A DNA stretch of 64,000 nucleotides. It comes from an uncultured virus (IMG/VR IMGVR_UViG_3300029967_000119) (taxonomy: Duplodnaviria > Heunggongvirae > Uroviricota > Caudoviricetes). The DNA lies in the IMG/VR virus record IMGVR_UViG_3300029967_000119; one strand, given 5' to 3'. The stretch's first letter is position 1, and each line of letters starts with the position of its first letter. Below are positions 50,501 through 62,476 of the stretch, piece by piece. Both the position numbers and the translations under genes were made by a program. The notes under the pieces are model-generated. The model had not been told where the DNA came from, made no database searches, and worked only from the letters and a program-made list of their open reading frames with translations.

Positions 50501-52692
50501 AACTTCTTGATGCAAGCCGCAATCCTCTTCAGCTGCTCTTCAAGTGGGGCCTGCTTAGAGTGATCTTCTAAGTCCTGTGTGTAGAATGCAAGCCTGTACA
50601 CTGTCGGCCATTCTTCATCCTTGCCTATTGCATTGTTCTTGTCACCATAGAGATCATTGTCTGTGTCATAGAGAGCTTTGCTGATCTTCAGCGTCCTGTT
50701 CTCATTGAACAAGTCCTCTTCACCTTCAATGACTCCCATTGCAACCTCAGTGAGCTGGTTGGAGAACTGGTAGTCTTCCATCTTCTCAACTTTTGGAGGC
50801 TCAGCAAGCAAGTCAGTGTGGTGGTAGATTGAAGGGTCTTCAAGCACAGTCTCAAGATACTCTTCAGTGCTCCTGAAGATGAGCTCTTTCTTTGGAAGTG
50901 AAGACCTCTTGTTGATCTGCACATATGGGAAGATGCAAGACTCTGTGTTGGCAAGCCGTTCATCATTAGATGCAATGATCTCATAAACATATGAGTGCTT
51001 GCTCTTGTCAGACCATGTGAAGTGGTCTCTCACACAGATCCTGAAATGCTCACCATAGTGGATTGGCTCTGTGAAGTGCATCGTCACAAATGACTTTGCA
51101 TCTGTCAAGTCTGTGAGCTCTTCACCTCTGGCATTGATGACATTCTTGTTTGGCTTGTTGATGACTCTCTTTTGCAAAGCATTGTTGTAGTCACCTATCT
51201 CTTTGAGCCTAGAAGCGGAGTTGTTGTCAACTTCAAAGAACATCCTGTCTTGCCAGCTCTCTTCCTTGAGCACATCTTCTATCTTGTCGCTGTCATCTAC
51301 AAGGTTCCAGCCACTGTCATACTTCTCAAGAGAGACCTTCACATCATTGCTTCTCTTGATTACCGCATTATACTTCCAGATTGCATTCTCCTTGAGATAG
51401 AGCCCAAAGTACTTGTGCATCTCATATGTCTCTGACTCTGGATCATTGAACATGAACTCAAGGTTGAGGATGTTAGGATAGATGAGGTTGTTGCGCTCAA
51501 AGCCATTCACAAGGAACATGTCATACCGTTCCTGTGTAGCTGTAGGGTCTGTGAGGATCTTGTTGGCAAAGTAAGATGTCTCTTGCTTTGATGTGATGAC
51601 TCCCCTGTCAAGTGCAATGCCAGTCCACACATTTGTGCCAGTCTTGTACTTGCTTGAGACATCTTCTGGGTCTCTGTCTTGCTCTATGAACTGCAAGCTG
51701 ACTGGAGCGACTATGTCATTGAGCTCCTTTGCATAGCTGTTGATGTACTTGCCAACAGCCGTCCAGTTGCGTAAGTCAAAGCACTTAACCATCTTGCCAT
51801 TAGCGAGCAATGACTTGAAAGTCTCATTGTCATCAAGAGTACCACTGTATGTGCTTGCATTGAAGTGCTCATCTACTCTGAAGATGCAGAAGAAGTCTGG
51901 CACCACATCATTGACATAGAGAGGTGCAAAGACCCTCATGTTCTCTGTGTACAAGAAGTCATCATTAGTCTCAGCCCCATACTCATATATAGTCTGGTAT
52001 TGGTCGGAGTAGTCAACAGAGTTCTTTCTTGGGTTGAGTGCACCATCTGGCAGCTTGTATATCTCACCAAGTGGAAGAGATGAGAACACTCTCTTCACAT
52101 CATGTGGATAGTCACCAGTGTAGTCTACTTCCTGGTGCCTGTAGTTGTTGTTGCTCAAGAGATGAGAGACCTTGATTGTGTCAAGGTACATGTTGCCATT
52201 CTCTGTGACTACAAGCTTGATGTTGCCAGTGAGCTTAGGATTCGTCTTTGCAAGAGCAAATGAAGCAAGCTTTGTGTTGATTGGCACAGACTGGTCATTC
52301 TCATACCACTTGTATGAAGGTGTGACTTTCCTCAAGATGAGGGTGTCTTGCTCCAGCTCTTGCCCATCGACTTCAAGTGAGAGCTTGAATGTCAGAGACT
52401 CTGAGAATGGCTCAAGCATGTTGAAGAAGAACAAGAGCTTGTTGCCATCATTAGAGACACTAGCAGTGAAGTCATGAATCTTCCATGATGCAAGCTGTCC
52501 ATTCACAATGTTTCGAATGACATTGACATTTGCACCATTGACTAAGAGCTTGCTCTCAAGCCAAATGGCAAGCTCATCTGTGAGCTCATTGCTCAAGCTC
52601 AAGATCATCTTTGCAGACTTTGCATCTGGCTTGTAGAGCTTCTTTATGTCAATGAGCAATGTGTCATTTGCTCTATCTAAGAAAAACGTCAT
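47518..52692 (-). CDS. very large putative virion protein, 1724 aa with two TGA=Trp
   Basis: Track ORFs 50152-52692, 48109-50127, 47518-48060 joined by TGA 50152 and 48109; ends TAA. Confidence 0.85.
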
Positions 52693-52695
52693 CTA

Positions 52696-54183
52696 CTACT
52701 TTGCTTCTTTTGAGACAGATCGACTATATGAGTCTATGAATGAATCCCAGTTGTTCTTTGCATCTTCCCAAGTTCATCTTCTCTTGTATCCTGCATCTTG
52801 CATCTCATCATACATCTTGTTGAAGTCTTTGTATGATGGCTTTGATGATATGCTGTCTTCATTTCCAATGTAGGAGCCATCAAGTGCCTTTATCATGACA
52901 ATCACAGCGGCCCATGTCTGTGGCACTGTGTTCACCATGACTTCTATGAAGTAGTTCATGGTCTCACCAGCTGTGAACTCTCTCAAGAACTCAGGCTGGT
53001 CTTGCTCAACCTTGTTGTATGTTTGATTCCAGAGCTGCTTGAGCTTAGGCAAGTTGACGCGAATCTTCCTGCTGTGCATCGAAGCGGCTTTGCCAATCTT
53101 TGTGTTTGACTCCGGTGTAGAAGCTTGTCTCTCAAGCTCTGATGTGATGAATGTATTCACACTCTCACGAAGCTTGTCCATCCTAGTGTTCAGAGCTTGT
53201 GCACAGACATACTTCTCTCTTGACTTGTTGTTGAAAACTTTCTTTATGTTGTTAGAGATGCTTGACCAAATCTGCTTCCAGTCATCTTCAACATTCCCAT
53301 CATTGTCTTTGTCTTTGAGCATCTTGAATGCATCATCAATCTTGAATGGGTCTGCTGAGCTGTAGCTGTTGTCACCAACATTTGCTTGCAAGAGCCTGTA
53401 TGCTGCAGTTGTAGTCACATTGAGATACTCAAGCATGTCTTGTGCAACTTCTTTCTTCTTTGCATCAAGCTCTTCAATGCCAATGCTCTCCATCTCTTTG
53501 TCAAAGTTGTTGACCCCAGCATCACCACTACTTTCCTTGTTTGAGCGGCCACCAAGTATATCAATTTCAGCAGTCTTGTCATTCTCTAAGAGGAGCTCTG
53601 CAAGCTTGCTATATGTAATGAAACTCTCTTGGACATGTCTTCCTATTGATGCATCTTTCAATCTCCAGCTATCAATACTCCCATTCTGGTTGATTGTTCC
53701 TCTTGTGAACTTGTCTTGGTCGGGCTTTCCAACAACATTGCTCTTCACATTTTTTGAGTTCATCTCAGTGAAGAACTTCTCAATATAGTCTATCATTGAA
53801 GAGCTTTGGAACAGCTTCTGAGCATAGTTCTCAGTGTTCTGTATAGCATTCTGAGGGTCAAAGACAAAGTGGTTCAAACCAAACACCTTTCCACCACGGC
53901 TTCTGCGCACTGGCTTCATAATTTGGTTGTAGTTAGTTGGCCTCTTTATCTTGTTGATGTGGATGCTAGGCAATGCTTTGGGTGATGCAACATTTGGATC
54001 CTTAGATGCAAGAGCCTTCAGCTTTGCATCATCAGAGCTTGCAAGCACTTCAGAGTTGAGAGTCTCTCACTTGTTGTCTGGGGTATTGCAAATCACCCTT
54101 CCATTAGGATATTCATTGATTGTCTTGTTTCCTATCATCCAGCTTCCATTGCTGAACTTGACTTGTACGTTATTCTGTGCCAT
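52696..54183 (-). CDS. hypothetical protein, 495 aa with two TGA=Trp
   Basis: ATG 54183 (MAQNNVQVKF), TGA 54067 and 52774, TAG 52696 abutting the next start. Confidence 0.8.
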
Positions 54184-55531
54184 CAGTCTCTTCTGTATAT
54201 TGTGTCTCTATTGGTTCCCACTCAAGGTCACGATTCCTATACACACATCTATAGAACTTCGTGTCTTTGTCTATGATGTTGCCATCATCGTCATACTTGT
54301 ATATGATGCAGATGTCTCCAACATTCCTGCCTTCGATGTTGTATGGGTCAGTGTGCTTAGCTGCTTCTTGCTCTTTGCTATGTACATCTAAGATTTCTTG
54401 GAGGTCTTCAGCGCTCTTCATCCATCTTCACTCACCATCATATATGACTACAAAGAATGTGTTGTCACCACTTCCAGCAAGCTTAGAGCTTGGTGCACCA
54501 TCAACTATGACATTCATTCCAACTAATGCATCCCATTCAGACTTGTATGAATTAGTCCTAGTCTCACCAACTTTGCGCCCAAACCACCTGTCATCAACCT
54601 TATAGATGAATATGTCATCTTTCTTTACTTGCTCTCCAAGAATCTTGCTTGTATCATTTACATCTTCTGGCTTTGATGGCCCTTCCTTTGCAATCCTTTC
54701 AATCTCTTCTTTGATGTCATCATTGGTGATTGTCTCTCATCTTGGCGCTTCATTGCCATCTCCTGCATAATATCTGTAGACTTGTGATCTTGTGAGAATT
54801 TTTCCATCTTCATCTATTGCTTTGATCTCCTTCAGACCATCAACTCAAACCTTCTCAACTGCTGTTCCTTCTTCACCAACATACCTTACAACATATCCTT
54901 TCTCTTTCTCTCTTGCTTGATATATTATTGCGTCACTTCTCTTCACAGTCTCTCCATTGATCTCCATTCCTGCTTCCACTGTCTGTGGGGTCACAGGAAG
55001 AAGCCTCTTTATCTCAGCAGCAAAGCCTTCATATCCAACGACTGTATATTGCCAGCCATTCTCATTCTTCTCAACACTGAACACTGTGTTAACTTTATTG
55101 CGCAACACCTTGTACTTATTGTCAATGATCCCTCTAGCTTGGAGGATTGTGATGTGGTTTTTGTCAACTGTCTCTACAGCTTCCTTGCCAAGGATGACTT
55201 TCACATAGCATCGGTTGCTGTCATCATACCAAACAAAGATGTCATTCTTCTGTACTCGATACGACATTCCAGATTCTTCATCCCCTCCAATGATACTACC
55301 AAGAACTATGTGATCTGGGCCACCTTGATCTCTGTCTTCATCTTCAATCACAGTGGAGACATCAAGATGTGTTGCAACTTCTTCATCTTTGTCTTGCTTT
55401 GGCTGTTGTGCTTGTTGCACCGGCTGTGGAGCAACTCTATCAGGTGGGGATACAATCATGTTGTCATCTTCAAAGACTAAGTCTATCCGCTTGCCTTTGT
55501 AATACATTATGCTTTCATCAGTATGCTTCAT
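54170..55531 (-). CDS. hypothetical protein with repeated 'V.K.DIF/GDICI' units, about 453 aa with three TGA=Trp
   Basis: Track ORFs 54845-55537 and 54170-54421 joined through TGA 54845, 54737, 54428 with no TAA/TAG in between. Confidence 0.8.
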
Positions 55532-55550
55532 CTTCAATTCGAATGCCTTT

Positions 55551-56066
55551 TTAGATGCCCATCATCTCTCTGAGCTGCTCAGTCTGCACAAGGAGTGCAC
55601 GGCTAGAGCCAGCTACATTAGATGCAAATGACTCCTTGTCTTTGTCAGTCTCAGAGTAATTCCATGTGGACCAAAGCTTCCCATCATTCTTGTAGTTAGA
55701 AGTGTTCTTTGACTTCCCCTTTCCACCACGGTCGTTGCCAAACTCCGTCCAATACACAGCTCTAGACATGAGGTTCTTGAGCTTGCGTAGTGCCACTGCT
55801 CCACCTATTGCTCCAAATGCACCAAAGATGAGGCCAAGCACCCCACCAAACAATGCAAAGAGCCCACCTTCAATCTTGCCAAGCCCTCTGAGAGGATCCA
55901 TCACTGTATAGTTGTTTGCTCCTGCATGGAAGTCATCTTCATTGAGGTGCTGTGCATTCCTGTCTCTAGAGAGATCATCTTCAAATGCCGTGCCTTTGAG
56001 CCAATGCTCTTGCAACTCTTCTGGGCTCATCAATGAGAGGCGCTCATATGACAGTCTCTTGTCCAT
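55551..56066 (-). CDS. hypothetical protein with a Gly-rich hydrophobic segment
   Basis: GGLFALFGGVLGLIFGAFGAIGGAVAL. Confidence 0.7.
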   Translation of the reverse strand: MDKRLSYERLSLMSPEELQEHWLKGTAFEDDLSRDRNAQHLNEDDFHAGANNYTVMDPLRGLGKIEGGLFALFGGVLGLIFGAFGAIGGAVALRKLKNLMSRAVYWTEFGNDRGGKGKSKNTSNYKNDGKLWSTWNYSETDKDKESFASNVAGSSRALLVQTEQLREMMGI

Positions 56067-56072
56067 CTATCT

Positions 56073-56110
56073 AAAAAAAAAAAATAATTGCGAGCCCGAA
56101 GACTCGCAAT
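56073..56110 (-). terminator. intrinsic terminator with UUCG tetraloop
   Basis: Minus strand ATTGCGAGTC-TTCG-GGCTCGCAAT followed by TA and a long T-run. Confidence 0.85.
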
Positions 56111-56120
56111 ATTTATCAAC
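56107..56120 (-). promoter_or_regulatory. putative late promoter GTTGATAAATATTG
   Basis: Identical 14-mer at 59691-59704; resembles T4 late TATAAATA. Confidence 0.5.
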
Positions 56121-56138
56121 TGCTTAGCACCTGGGACT

Positions 56139-58346
56139 TTATGACCCACTCTGGCTTGAGTCTTTGACAATTGCTTCAAGTGCTTCAATCCTAGCCACAA
56201 GATGTTCAATGAAGCTCTGCAAGCTCTGTGTCTCTACAGTGTTTGCTGTGTCATTCTTCTTCTCATATGCGATGTTACTTGCAAGATGCTTGAAGTAAAG
56301 GCCATTCACAGAGTTTGTGTTTGGTGTTGTGTCATCTAAGTGGCTTGTCACACCAAGAGAGCTCAGCTTGTTGTCAATGCTCAAGTTGAGTGCATCACTG
56401 TTAGTGCTCTCAATGAGGTCAGCAATTGCATTGGTGGTGCTCAATGTGTCTGGGAATGCAATCACAACACTGTTGCTCCATGCACTCTTGAGAGCATTGT
56501 CTGGATATCCACACTCACTTATGGCACGAACCTTGAACTCAAGCTTCTCGCCTTTAGTGATAGCGATGTCGATCTGGTTGATGTTGATCTCGCTTCCATC
56601 TGCTGGGTTGTCAGCATTCCAGACATAAGTTCCAGACTCTGCATCCCACTCACGCTCTTTGAGCACGCTCTGTGTGAAGTTCCAGTCACTGAACACACCT
56701 GTCAAGCTCTCTTCGCCATCATTGTCTGTATAGGTGTAAGTGTTGAGCTCAGAGCCGGTCTGGTCTTCACGAATGTAGCGATATGCAATGTCAAAGCCAA
56801 TTATCTCTTGTGGAAGCTTCTCATCTGCATCACTATACTGCAATGCTGGGATTGGGAAGAACCCACGGACATGATATTTAGGATCAACATTCACAGCAGA
56901 GTTCTCTTTCACAAGAGTTTGCAAGTAAGAGATGAGTGACGAGTACTGTGTCTGCAAGCTCTCAAGCTGTGTGGTGTTCGTAGAGATTTGAGTCTGCATT
57001 GCATTGTACTCACTCAAGTCAGTGATAGACTGCAAGTCTGTCTTTTGTGCGGCAATTGTTGACTTGAGAGAGTTGATCTCACTCTTCACAGTCTCAATGT
57101 CACTTGTCGTGCTCTTCACCTCTTGGGTGTCAAGTGCAGCATTGATCTGTGTGTTGATCTGCACTACTCTAAAGTCGCCTTCATAGAGAGTAGGGGTGTT
57201 AGGTGTCTTGCCATTGTAAGCAGTGATCCTCTTCTCTTTAGCTTCTGCTACCATGTCAGCACCCCAGTCGACTATATTGTTGACATAGTACTGCGCAAAT
57301 GTAGTGTCTGCAGACTCATCATAGATGAGAGAGTCGGTCTCAAACATCACAGGGGTGCTCCACTCTACAGAGAGTAAGTTGTATGCTTCTTGAACTCCCT
57401 TGAAGTAGATGATGTTGTACTCATGTGCCCCAAAGTGCACTTTGAGCTGCTTAGATCTGAATGGGTCTTCATACCAAGAGAGGATTGAGTTGAGGCCAGG
57501 TGCAGAGACACCACTCTTGTGCTGGATCCTGACTTTGTTCTCATTCTGGTTGATCTCGACAATCTTGAACACCGTCTCATTGAATGAGAGCAAGTCCCCA
57601 ACTGAGAGTATGTTGTTCGCTCCTTGCTCTACACCATCATCACTGACTGTAGAGTATGAGAGTGTGTCAAAGGTGTACCAGATGTTGCCATTGATTGACT
57701 CTGGGTCAGACTTCACAATGAACTCTCCATGCCCAGAAGCATTGACAAGTGGGAACTCAACGGTCTCTTCATCTTCATAGTAGCCAACATTGTTGAGAGC
57801 AAGTATAGAGATGAGCTGAGCATAAGTGTAAGATGCGCCAGAGAGAGTGTTTGCCCAGAGTGCGGCTGCGGAGCTGTCTCTAGAGTCAAGGATGATTCTC
57901 TTCACTTTGCATCTGTCAGCGGAGTCTTCTACTTGGCCGGTGAGGTCAATAGTGACTACAGCTGAAGGATACATGAAGTTCTCAAAGAACCAGTTTGCAT
58001 CTATAGAGAAAGTAGTAGGTGAAGCGACATTCACAATCTTGGCAGGAGCATCAGCGACTGTGTCAAGCTTGACTTCACGATGCGTCCCATCATCAAGAGC
58101 AACAGTGCCTTTGCCTTCATTCAATGCCTCAAGAGATGACTGCACAGAGTTCAGCTTGTTGACTATAGACGTGTAAGATGGAAGCTGGTACTGTGTGGTA
58201 GAGCCATCTTTAGCAGTGTAGTCATAAGTGACATACATGTCATTGCTTGTCATTGACTTCTGCACAGCAGCAAGCATCGACAAGGTGTTGGCCTGTGAGG
58301 TCACCACCTGTCGCATGTTCTCTGCAAAGCTGTTGATGTTAGCCAT
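56139..58346 (-). CDS. large putative virion protein with central coiled coil
   Basis: 735-aa ORF in the structural cluster downstream of the fibre gene. Confidence 0.75.
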   Translation of the reverse strand: MANINSFAENMRQVVTSQANTLSMLAAVQKSMTSNDMYVTYDYTAKDGSTTQYQLPSYTSIVNKLNSVQSSLEALNEGKGTVALDDGTHREVKLDTVADAPAKIVNVASPTTFSIDANWFFENFMYPSAVVTIDLTGQVEDSADRCKVKRIILDSRDSSAAALWANTLSGASYTYAQLISILALNNVGYYEDEETVEFPLVNASGHGEFIVKSDPESINGNIWYTFDTLSYSTVSDDGVEQGANNILSVGDLLSFNETVFKIVEINQNENKVRIQHKSGVSAPGLNSILSWYEDPFRSKQLKVHFGAHEYNIIYFKGVQEAYNLLSVEWSTPVMFETDSLIYDESADTTFAQYYVNNIVDWGADMVAEAKEKRITAYNGKTPNTPTLYEGDFRVVQINTQINAALDTQEVKSTTSDIETVKSEINSLKSTIAAQKTDLQSITDLSEYNAMQTQISTNTTQLESLQTQYSSLISYLQTLVKENSAVNVDPKYHVRGFFPIPALQYSDADEKLPQEIIGFDIAYRYIREDQTGSELNTYTYTDNDGEESLTGVFSDWNFTQSVLKEREWDAESGTYVWNADNPADGSEININQIDIAITKGEKLEFKVRAISECGYPDNALKSAWSNSVVIAFPDTLSTTNAIADLIESTNSDALNLSIDNKLSSLGVTSHLDDTTPNTNSVNGLYFKHLASNIAYEKKNDTANTVETQSLQSFIEHLVARIEALEAIVKDSSQSGS

Positions 58347-58347
58347 C

Positions 58348-59646
58348 CTACTTGTCCAGTTTGTTTATGAGGTTGTTGACAAGAGCACGAAGCTCTGCTA
58401 TCTCTTCATCATGCTTCTTCACATGGCTCTGGAGCTTGCCAACTGCAAGTGACAGGGCTGCATTGTAGTCGACATGCTTGAGTCCATCTTCTTTAGAAGT
58501 TGTGACAAGATCATCATAGCCTTGTGACTCAAGCTCTTGAGCGATGAAGCCATAAGACTGTAGAGAAGTGTCACGCCATTTGAATGCAAACACGGATGGC
58601 TCTGGAACTTGATCATCAATACTAGATATGCCAGTCTTGAGGTTTTTGTCTGAAGATGCATAGAATGCACTAGCAGTCATTGTACCAGAAATCTCGACTG
58701 TATTTGCAAGGCTGATTGTTGCATCAGTGATGTTAATGTTAGAACCAGCTTTATATGTTGTGCCGCCACCTGATGCACTTATCTGATATGGAGAACTTGA
58801 AGTTCCGGATCCACTGATTGTGACATTGGTCCCAGCAGATATAAGTCCAGATACACTGTTTGGGCCAGTAGGACCAGTAGGACCAGTAGGGCCAGTAGGG
58901 CCAGTAGGGCCAGTAGGGCCAGTGCTGCCATCTTGACCTGAACCAGTTACTCCAGGTCCTGTTGGGCCTTGTAGACCCTGTGGCCCTTGTGGGCCTGTGC
59001 TGCCATCTTTGCCAGTTCCGGTGTAGCTTGGTCCAGTTGGACCTTGTGGCCCTTGTGGGCCTTCACCACCTCCACCTCCTTCTCCAGCAGGGCCAGTTGG
59101 CCCTTGTGGACCTTGCGAGCCTTCACCACCTCCTTCTCCTGGAGGTCCAACCGGCCCTTGCCAGCCCTGGAATCCCTGTGGACCAGTCATCTTAGTGACA
59201 TTGTCTATAGCATCCCAGATGCTGTCTGTTGAGTCACTTATCTTCTTGCCATCGCCATCGTAGACATCTTTGCCGATCTCAATGTCTGTGCCTTTCACTT
59301 TCTCTTCAATCATTGTCTCAATCATGTCTGATGTGTCATTGAATGACCAAAGAGCATAGTCTTCTGCAGTGACAGCATTGAAGTCAAGGCACTTCACAGA
59401 TGTGTCATTTGTACCAGCAACATTAGTGAGAGCCATGTTAGTTATCATGATAGTGCCTTCAGACACATCTTTGCTGACAAGCTCATGGCCTTGGACACCA
59501 ATCGGTACTTTGTTGTAGATTGGGATACGATATGTTGCTTGGTCTGTTGAAGTGTTCTCGTAGTATATAGACTCAATTGAAGTGATTGGTGACACATTCA
59601 CATTCAATGAGTCAAGGATTTGCAAGCTCTTTGCTGTCTTTGACAT
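58348..59646 (-). CDS. collagen-like tail fibre with C-terminal intramolecular chaperone (peptidase S74-like)
   Basis: G-X-Y repeats (GPQ/GPT); [25 protein letters not shown] and terminal coiled coil. Confidence 0.85.
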   Translation of the reverse strand: MSKTAKSLQILDSLNVNVSPITSIESIYYENTSTDQATYRIPIYNKVPIGVQGHELVSKDVSEGTIMITNMALTNVAGTNDTSVKCLDFNAVTAEDYALWSFNDTSDMIETMIEEKVKGTDIEIGKDVYDGDGKKISDSTDSIWDAIDNVTKMTGPQGFQGWQGPVGPPGEGGGEGSQGPQGPTGPAGEGGGGGEGPQGPQGPTGPSYTGTGKDGSTGPQGPQGLQGPTGPGVTGSGQDGSTGPTGPTGPTGPTGPTGPTGPNSVSGLISAGTNVTISGSGTSSSPYQISASGGGTTYKAGSNINITDATISLANTVEISGTMTASAFYASSDKNLKTGISSIDDQVPEPSVFAFKWRDTSLQSYGFIAQELESQGYDDLVTTSKEDGLKHVDYNAALSLAVGKLQSHVKKHDEEIAELRALVNNLINKLDK

Positions 59647-59690
59647 TGAGAATTCTTAAGCTATTTTGCTCGCGGGTCTCCCGCCATTTT

Positions 59691-59704
59691 CAATATTTAT
59701 CAAC
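59691..59704 (-). promoter_or_regulatory. putative late promoter GTTGATAAATATTG upstream of the fibre gene
   Basis: Identical to 56107-56120; at the boundary between recombination and structural genes. Confidence 0.55.
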
Positions 59705-59712
59705 TTGCAATC

Positions 59713-61371
59713 TTATTCACTTATCTCAGAGAATCCATTGTGCTTCTGCACGCTGATGCACTTGTCAAACATCTCAAGGTTCATGTCAACATGTGACACG
59801 ATGATGATGTTCAGCTTCTCATCTCTTGCAAACTCTCTCAAGAACTCAAGCATGATGTTTGATGTCTCTGGATCTAGTGTAGACAAGATTTCATCAAGAT
59901 GGAATATGTTGATTGTTGGGAACTTGTGCTTGAGCACTTTGAAGAGCGCACATATGATTGCTAGATCAGCACGAGTCATCTCTCCATCACTCAAGCTCTC
60001 TACTGGAATCTCAACATTGTACTCTCTGACAGTTGCATTGAACTTTGTGTCAAAAGTCACAAAGTATGGGAAGTTGAGAGCTTCAAGATGCTGTGCAACT
60101 GACTTGTTGAAGAGTGGCAGATATGTGTTGATTATCTTCTCTTTAGCCCCATCAGCTGAATATACCAAGAGCAGCTTCTGCAAGTCATCCATGTGTGTAT
60201 TGTCATCATCGATGATCTTCTGTGTAGCTTCTATCTCGGACTTTGTCTTGTCAATGATGTTCTGTATGCCTTTCAGCTGTGATGAGACACTTGCAATGTT
60301 CTCTATTGTCTTGTTCTCTGCTGCAAGCGCAGCAACTTGTGAGTTGATTGCTGAGAGTGCAGAAGAGAGTTTCTCAAGTGCGTCCGACAGAGTCTTGTTG
60401 GTCTCATTCAGTTCATTGATCTTGCTTATGAATGATTCTCTCTGCTCACTTACTTTAGTTTCTGCTTCTTTCAGCTTCTGCTTCACTTCATCAAACTGTG
60501 AGGAGGTGAATGAGCTTCCACATGTGGGGCACTTGTCATGGTTGAAGAGATCAATCTTCTGCTTGATCTGTCTTGCAAGAGCCTCAACTTCATGCAGCTT
60601 CTTCTGCTCTGCAGTTACAGCTGCTCTAGAATCATTGCTTTGCTTAGAGTATGTCTCATATGCTGCCAAGACTTGAGCCTTCTTTGCTGTAAGCTCTTCG
60701 ATCTTAGTAACGTTCTCTTTCATCTTCTCTGATTCTACAGTGCTTGCACTTGCAGATGCTCTCTTGAGCTCTTCTACAGACTGGTCAAGCGTCTTGTTGA
60801 GTGCAAAGAATGCAGAGTTGCTTGCATTGATGTTGTCTCCAACTTTCTTGATGTCATCTTTACACATCTCATAGAGCTTGTTGAGTTGGTCAAGAGAAAA
60901 CACAATGTCAATGATCATCTTCTTGTCATAAGGATTCATTGTCAAGAATGACTTGAACCTTCTCATTGACACTGTTATGATGTTAGAGAACACCTGCTGT
61001 GGGATGTCTACCACTTCATTGAGTATGAATGACTGTGCATCATTGATGCCATAGTTCTCTAAGTCTTTTCCATCTTTCCATATCTTGAGAGAGGATGGGT
61101 TGAATGTCCTCTCTATTGCATACTCATGCCCATTAGAGACAATCTCTCCTCCGATCCAGCCATTCTTGTTGATTCTGTTTGCAATTGCATTCTTTGGAAT
61201 CTTGTCGGACTTGCCATAGATGAGGAGCATTGGCAGAGAGAGTATGGCTGACTTGCCAGCACCAGACTTGCCTGACACTAGCATGAGACAGCCATCTTTC
61301 TGGTACTCTATTGTGTTCACTTTCTCCCCATAAGCAAACACATTCTTGAACATTATCTTCTTGAACTCCAT
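59713..61371 (-). CDS. SbcC/Rad50-like recombination ATPase (T4 gp46-like)
   Basis: Walker A SGKSGAGKS, zinc hook CPTCG, signature LSDGE, Walker B HLDEI, VSH. Confidence 0.92.
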   Translation of the reverse strand: MEFKKIMFKNVFAYGEKVNTIEYQKDGCLMLVSGKSGAGKSAILSLPMLLIYGKSDKIPKNAIANRINKNGWIGGEIVSNGHEYAIERTFNPSSLKIWKDGKDLENYGINDAQSFILNEVVDIPQQVFSNIITVSMRRFKSFLTMNPYDKKMIIDIVFSLDQLNKLYEMCKDDIKKVGDNINASNSAFFALNKTLDQSVEELKRASASASTVESEKMKENVTKIEELTAKKAQVLAAYETYSKQSNDSRAAVTAEQKKLHEVEALARQIKQKIDLFNHDKCPTCGSSFTSSQFDEVKQKLKEAETKVSEQRESFISKINELNETNKTLSDALEKLSSALSAINSQVAALAAENKTIENIASVSSQLKGIQNIIDKTKSEIEATQKIIDDDNTHMDDLQKLLLVYSADGAKEKIINTYLPLFNKSVAQHLEALNFPYFVTFDTKFNATVREYNVEIPVESLSDGEMTRADLAIICALFKVLKHKFPTINIFHLDEILSTLDPETSNIMLEFLREFARDEKLNIIIVSHVDMNLEMFDKCISVQKHNGFSEISE

Positions 61372-61378
61372 GTGCTCT

Positions 61379-62473
61379 TTATATGCTGTCTATTGAGTTG
61401 AGTGCTGTGAAATAGTTCTCATTGAGGGATTTGATCCGTTCCATCTGCCTCTCATCTGCATCTATAGATGAGATCAATGAAGACACAACATCTTTCAGAG
61501 AGACCTTCTCTATGTTGATGTCTAGTGTATCTGTGAGAGCTTTGCCATTGCTTCTCATGATGATTGACACTTTCTTGGCGCCTAAGTCTTGTATCTTCTT
61601 GTAGATTGTTGCCATGTTTGGTGTGTCATCTACAATGATGTCAACATAGTTGTGTGAGAAGATCTTCTTCAAGCTCTCATCATCCATCTTGGAGAACTCA
61701 TCAAATGAGATCTGCAAGAAGAGTGGAGAGACTTTGTTCTCTTTGAATGCTGCTTTGCCTGTTGCAACTTCAAGGATATACACACCTTTCTCATTGCCAA
61801 TGTCAGATCTGTTCAACTGGTATGGGCATCCAACATAAGTCACCTTCTTGGTCTGCTGCCTCTTGTGGATGTGCCCTGCATAGATGTGCCCAGTAAATGA
61901 ATCTACATTGACTCCACTTATCACCTTCTGGTTGTTTGCATACTTCATCTTGTTGATGTCTGTGTGCATGAAAGCATAGTCAGCATTTGCATTCTCTACC
62001 AAACACTTAGTCTCTTCAGTTGCAGACCCAAGGTATGGGATTGCTATACCAACTTTCCCTTCTGGGAAGTTGATCCTTGTCGGTGTACAAATCACAGTGA
62101 CATTGGGGATGAACTCTAAGCTTTTGAGTGAAGTCACACCAACATTTGTGCGTCTGTACAAGTCATGGTTCCCGTTGATGATGACAGTTGGCAGCACTTC
62201 TGCAACTTCTGCAAACATTGTGATTGCAAAGTCATTGACTGCAAGGTTGAGGCTCTTTCTATCATCAAACACATCTCCAAGCACAAGCAGCCCAACCTTC
62301 TTCTGAGCTCTCTCTCCTCTCTTGACTTCTTCTTTGCAAAGTGAGATGAAGAAGCTGTCTGCCCACTCTTTCATGTTTGCCACTCACTCTTCACTAGAGC
62401 CTCTCACACCAAAGTGCAAGTCAGCTATCATCAAGACTGTGTCAAAGTTGAGATCTATTGTTGGCAATCCCAT
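61379..62473 (-). CDS. SbcD/Mre11-like nuclease (T4 gp47-like), 364 aa with one TGA=Trp
   Basis: Motif I ADLHFG lies upstream of TGA 62384 (GVRGSSEE-W-VANM); LGDVFD, GNHD, GHIH; start ATG 62473. Confidence 0.92.
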
Positions 62474-62476
62474 CTT

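Noticed and set aside
55532..55565. Programmed frameshift joining genes 55551-56066 and 54170-55531
   Set aside because: The downstream frame is open a little upstream, but it has its own ATG at 55531 and no clear slippery site with stimulator; unsupported.
58862..59190. 9-bp tandem repeats as a regulatory or contingency locus
   Set aside because: Explained by collagen GPT/GPQ codons in the fibre gene.
59666..60676. Long antisense ORFs (also 33264-33983, 6623-7267, 18668-19291 and many shorter ones)
   Set aside because: Shadows of real genes on the opposite strand, Ser/Leu/Phe-rich with no motifs.
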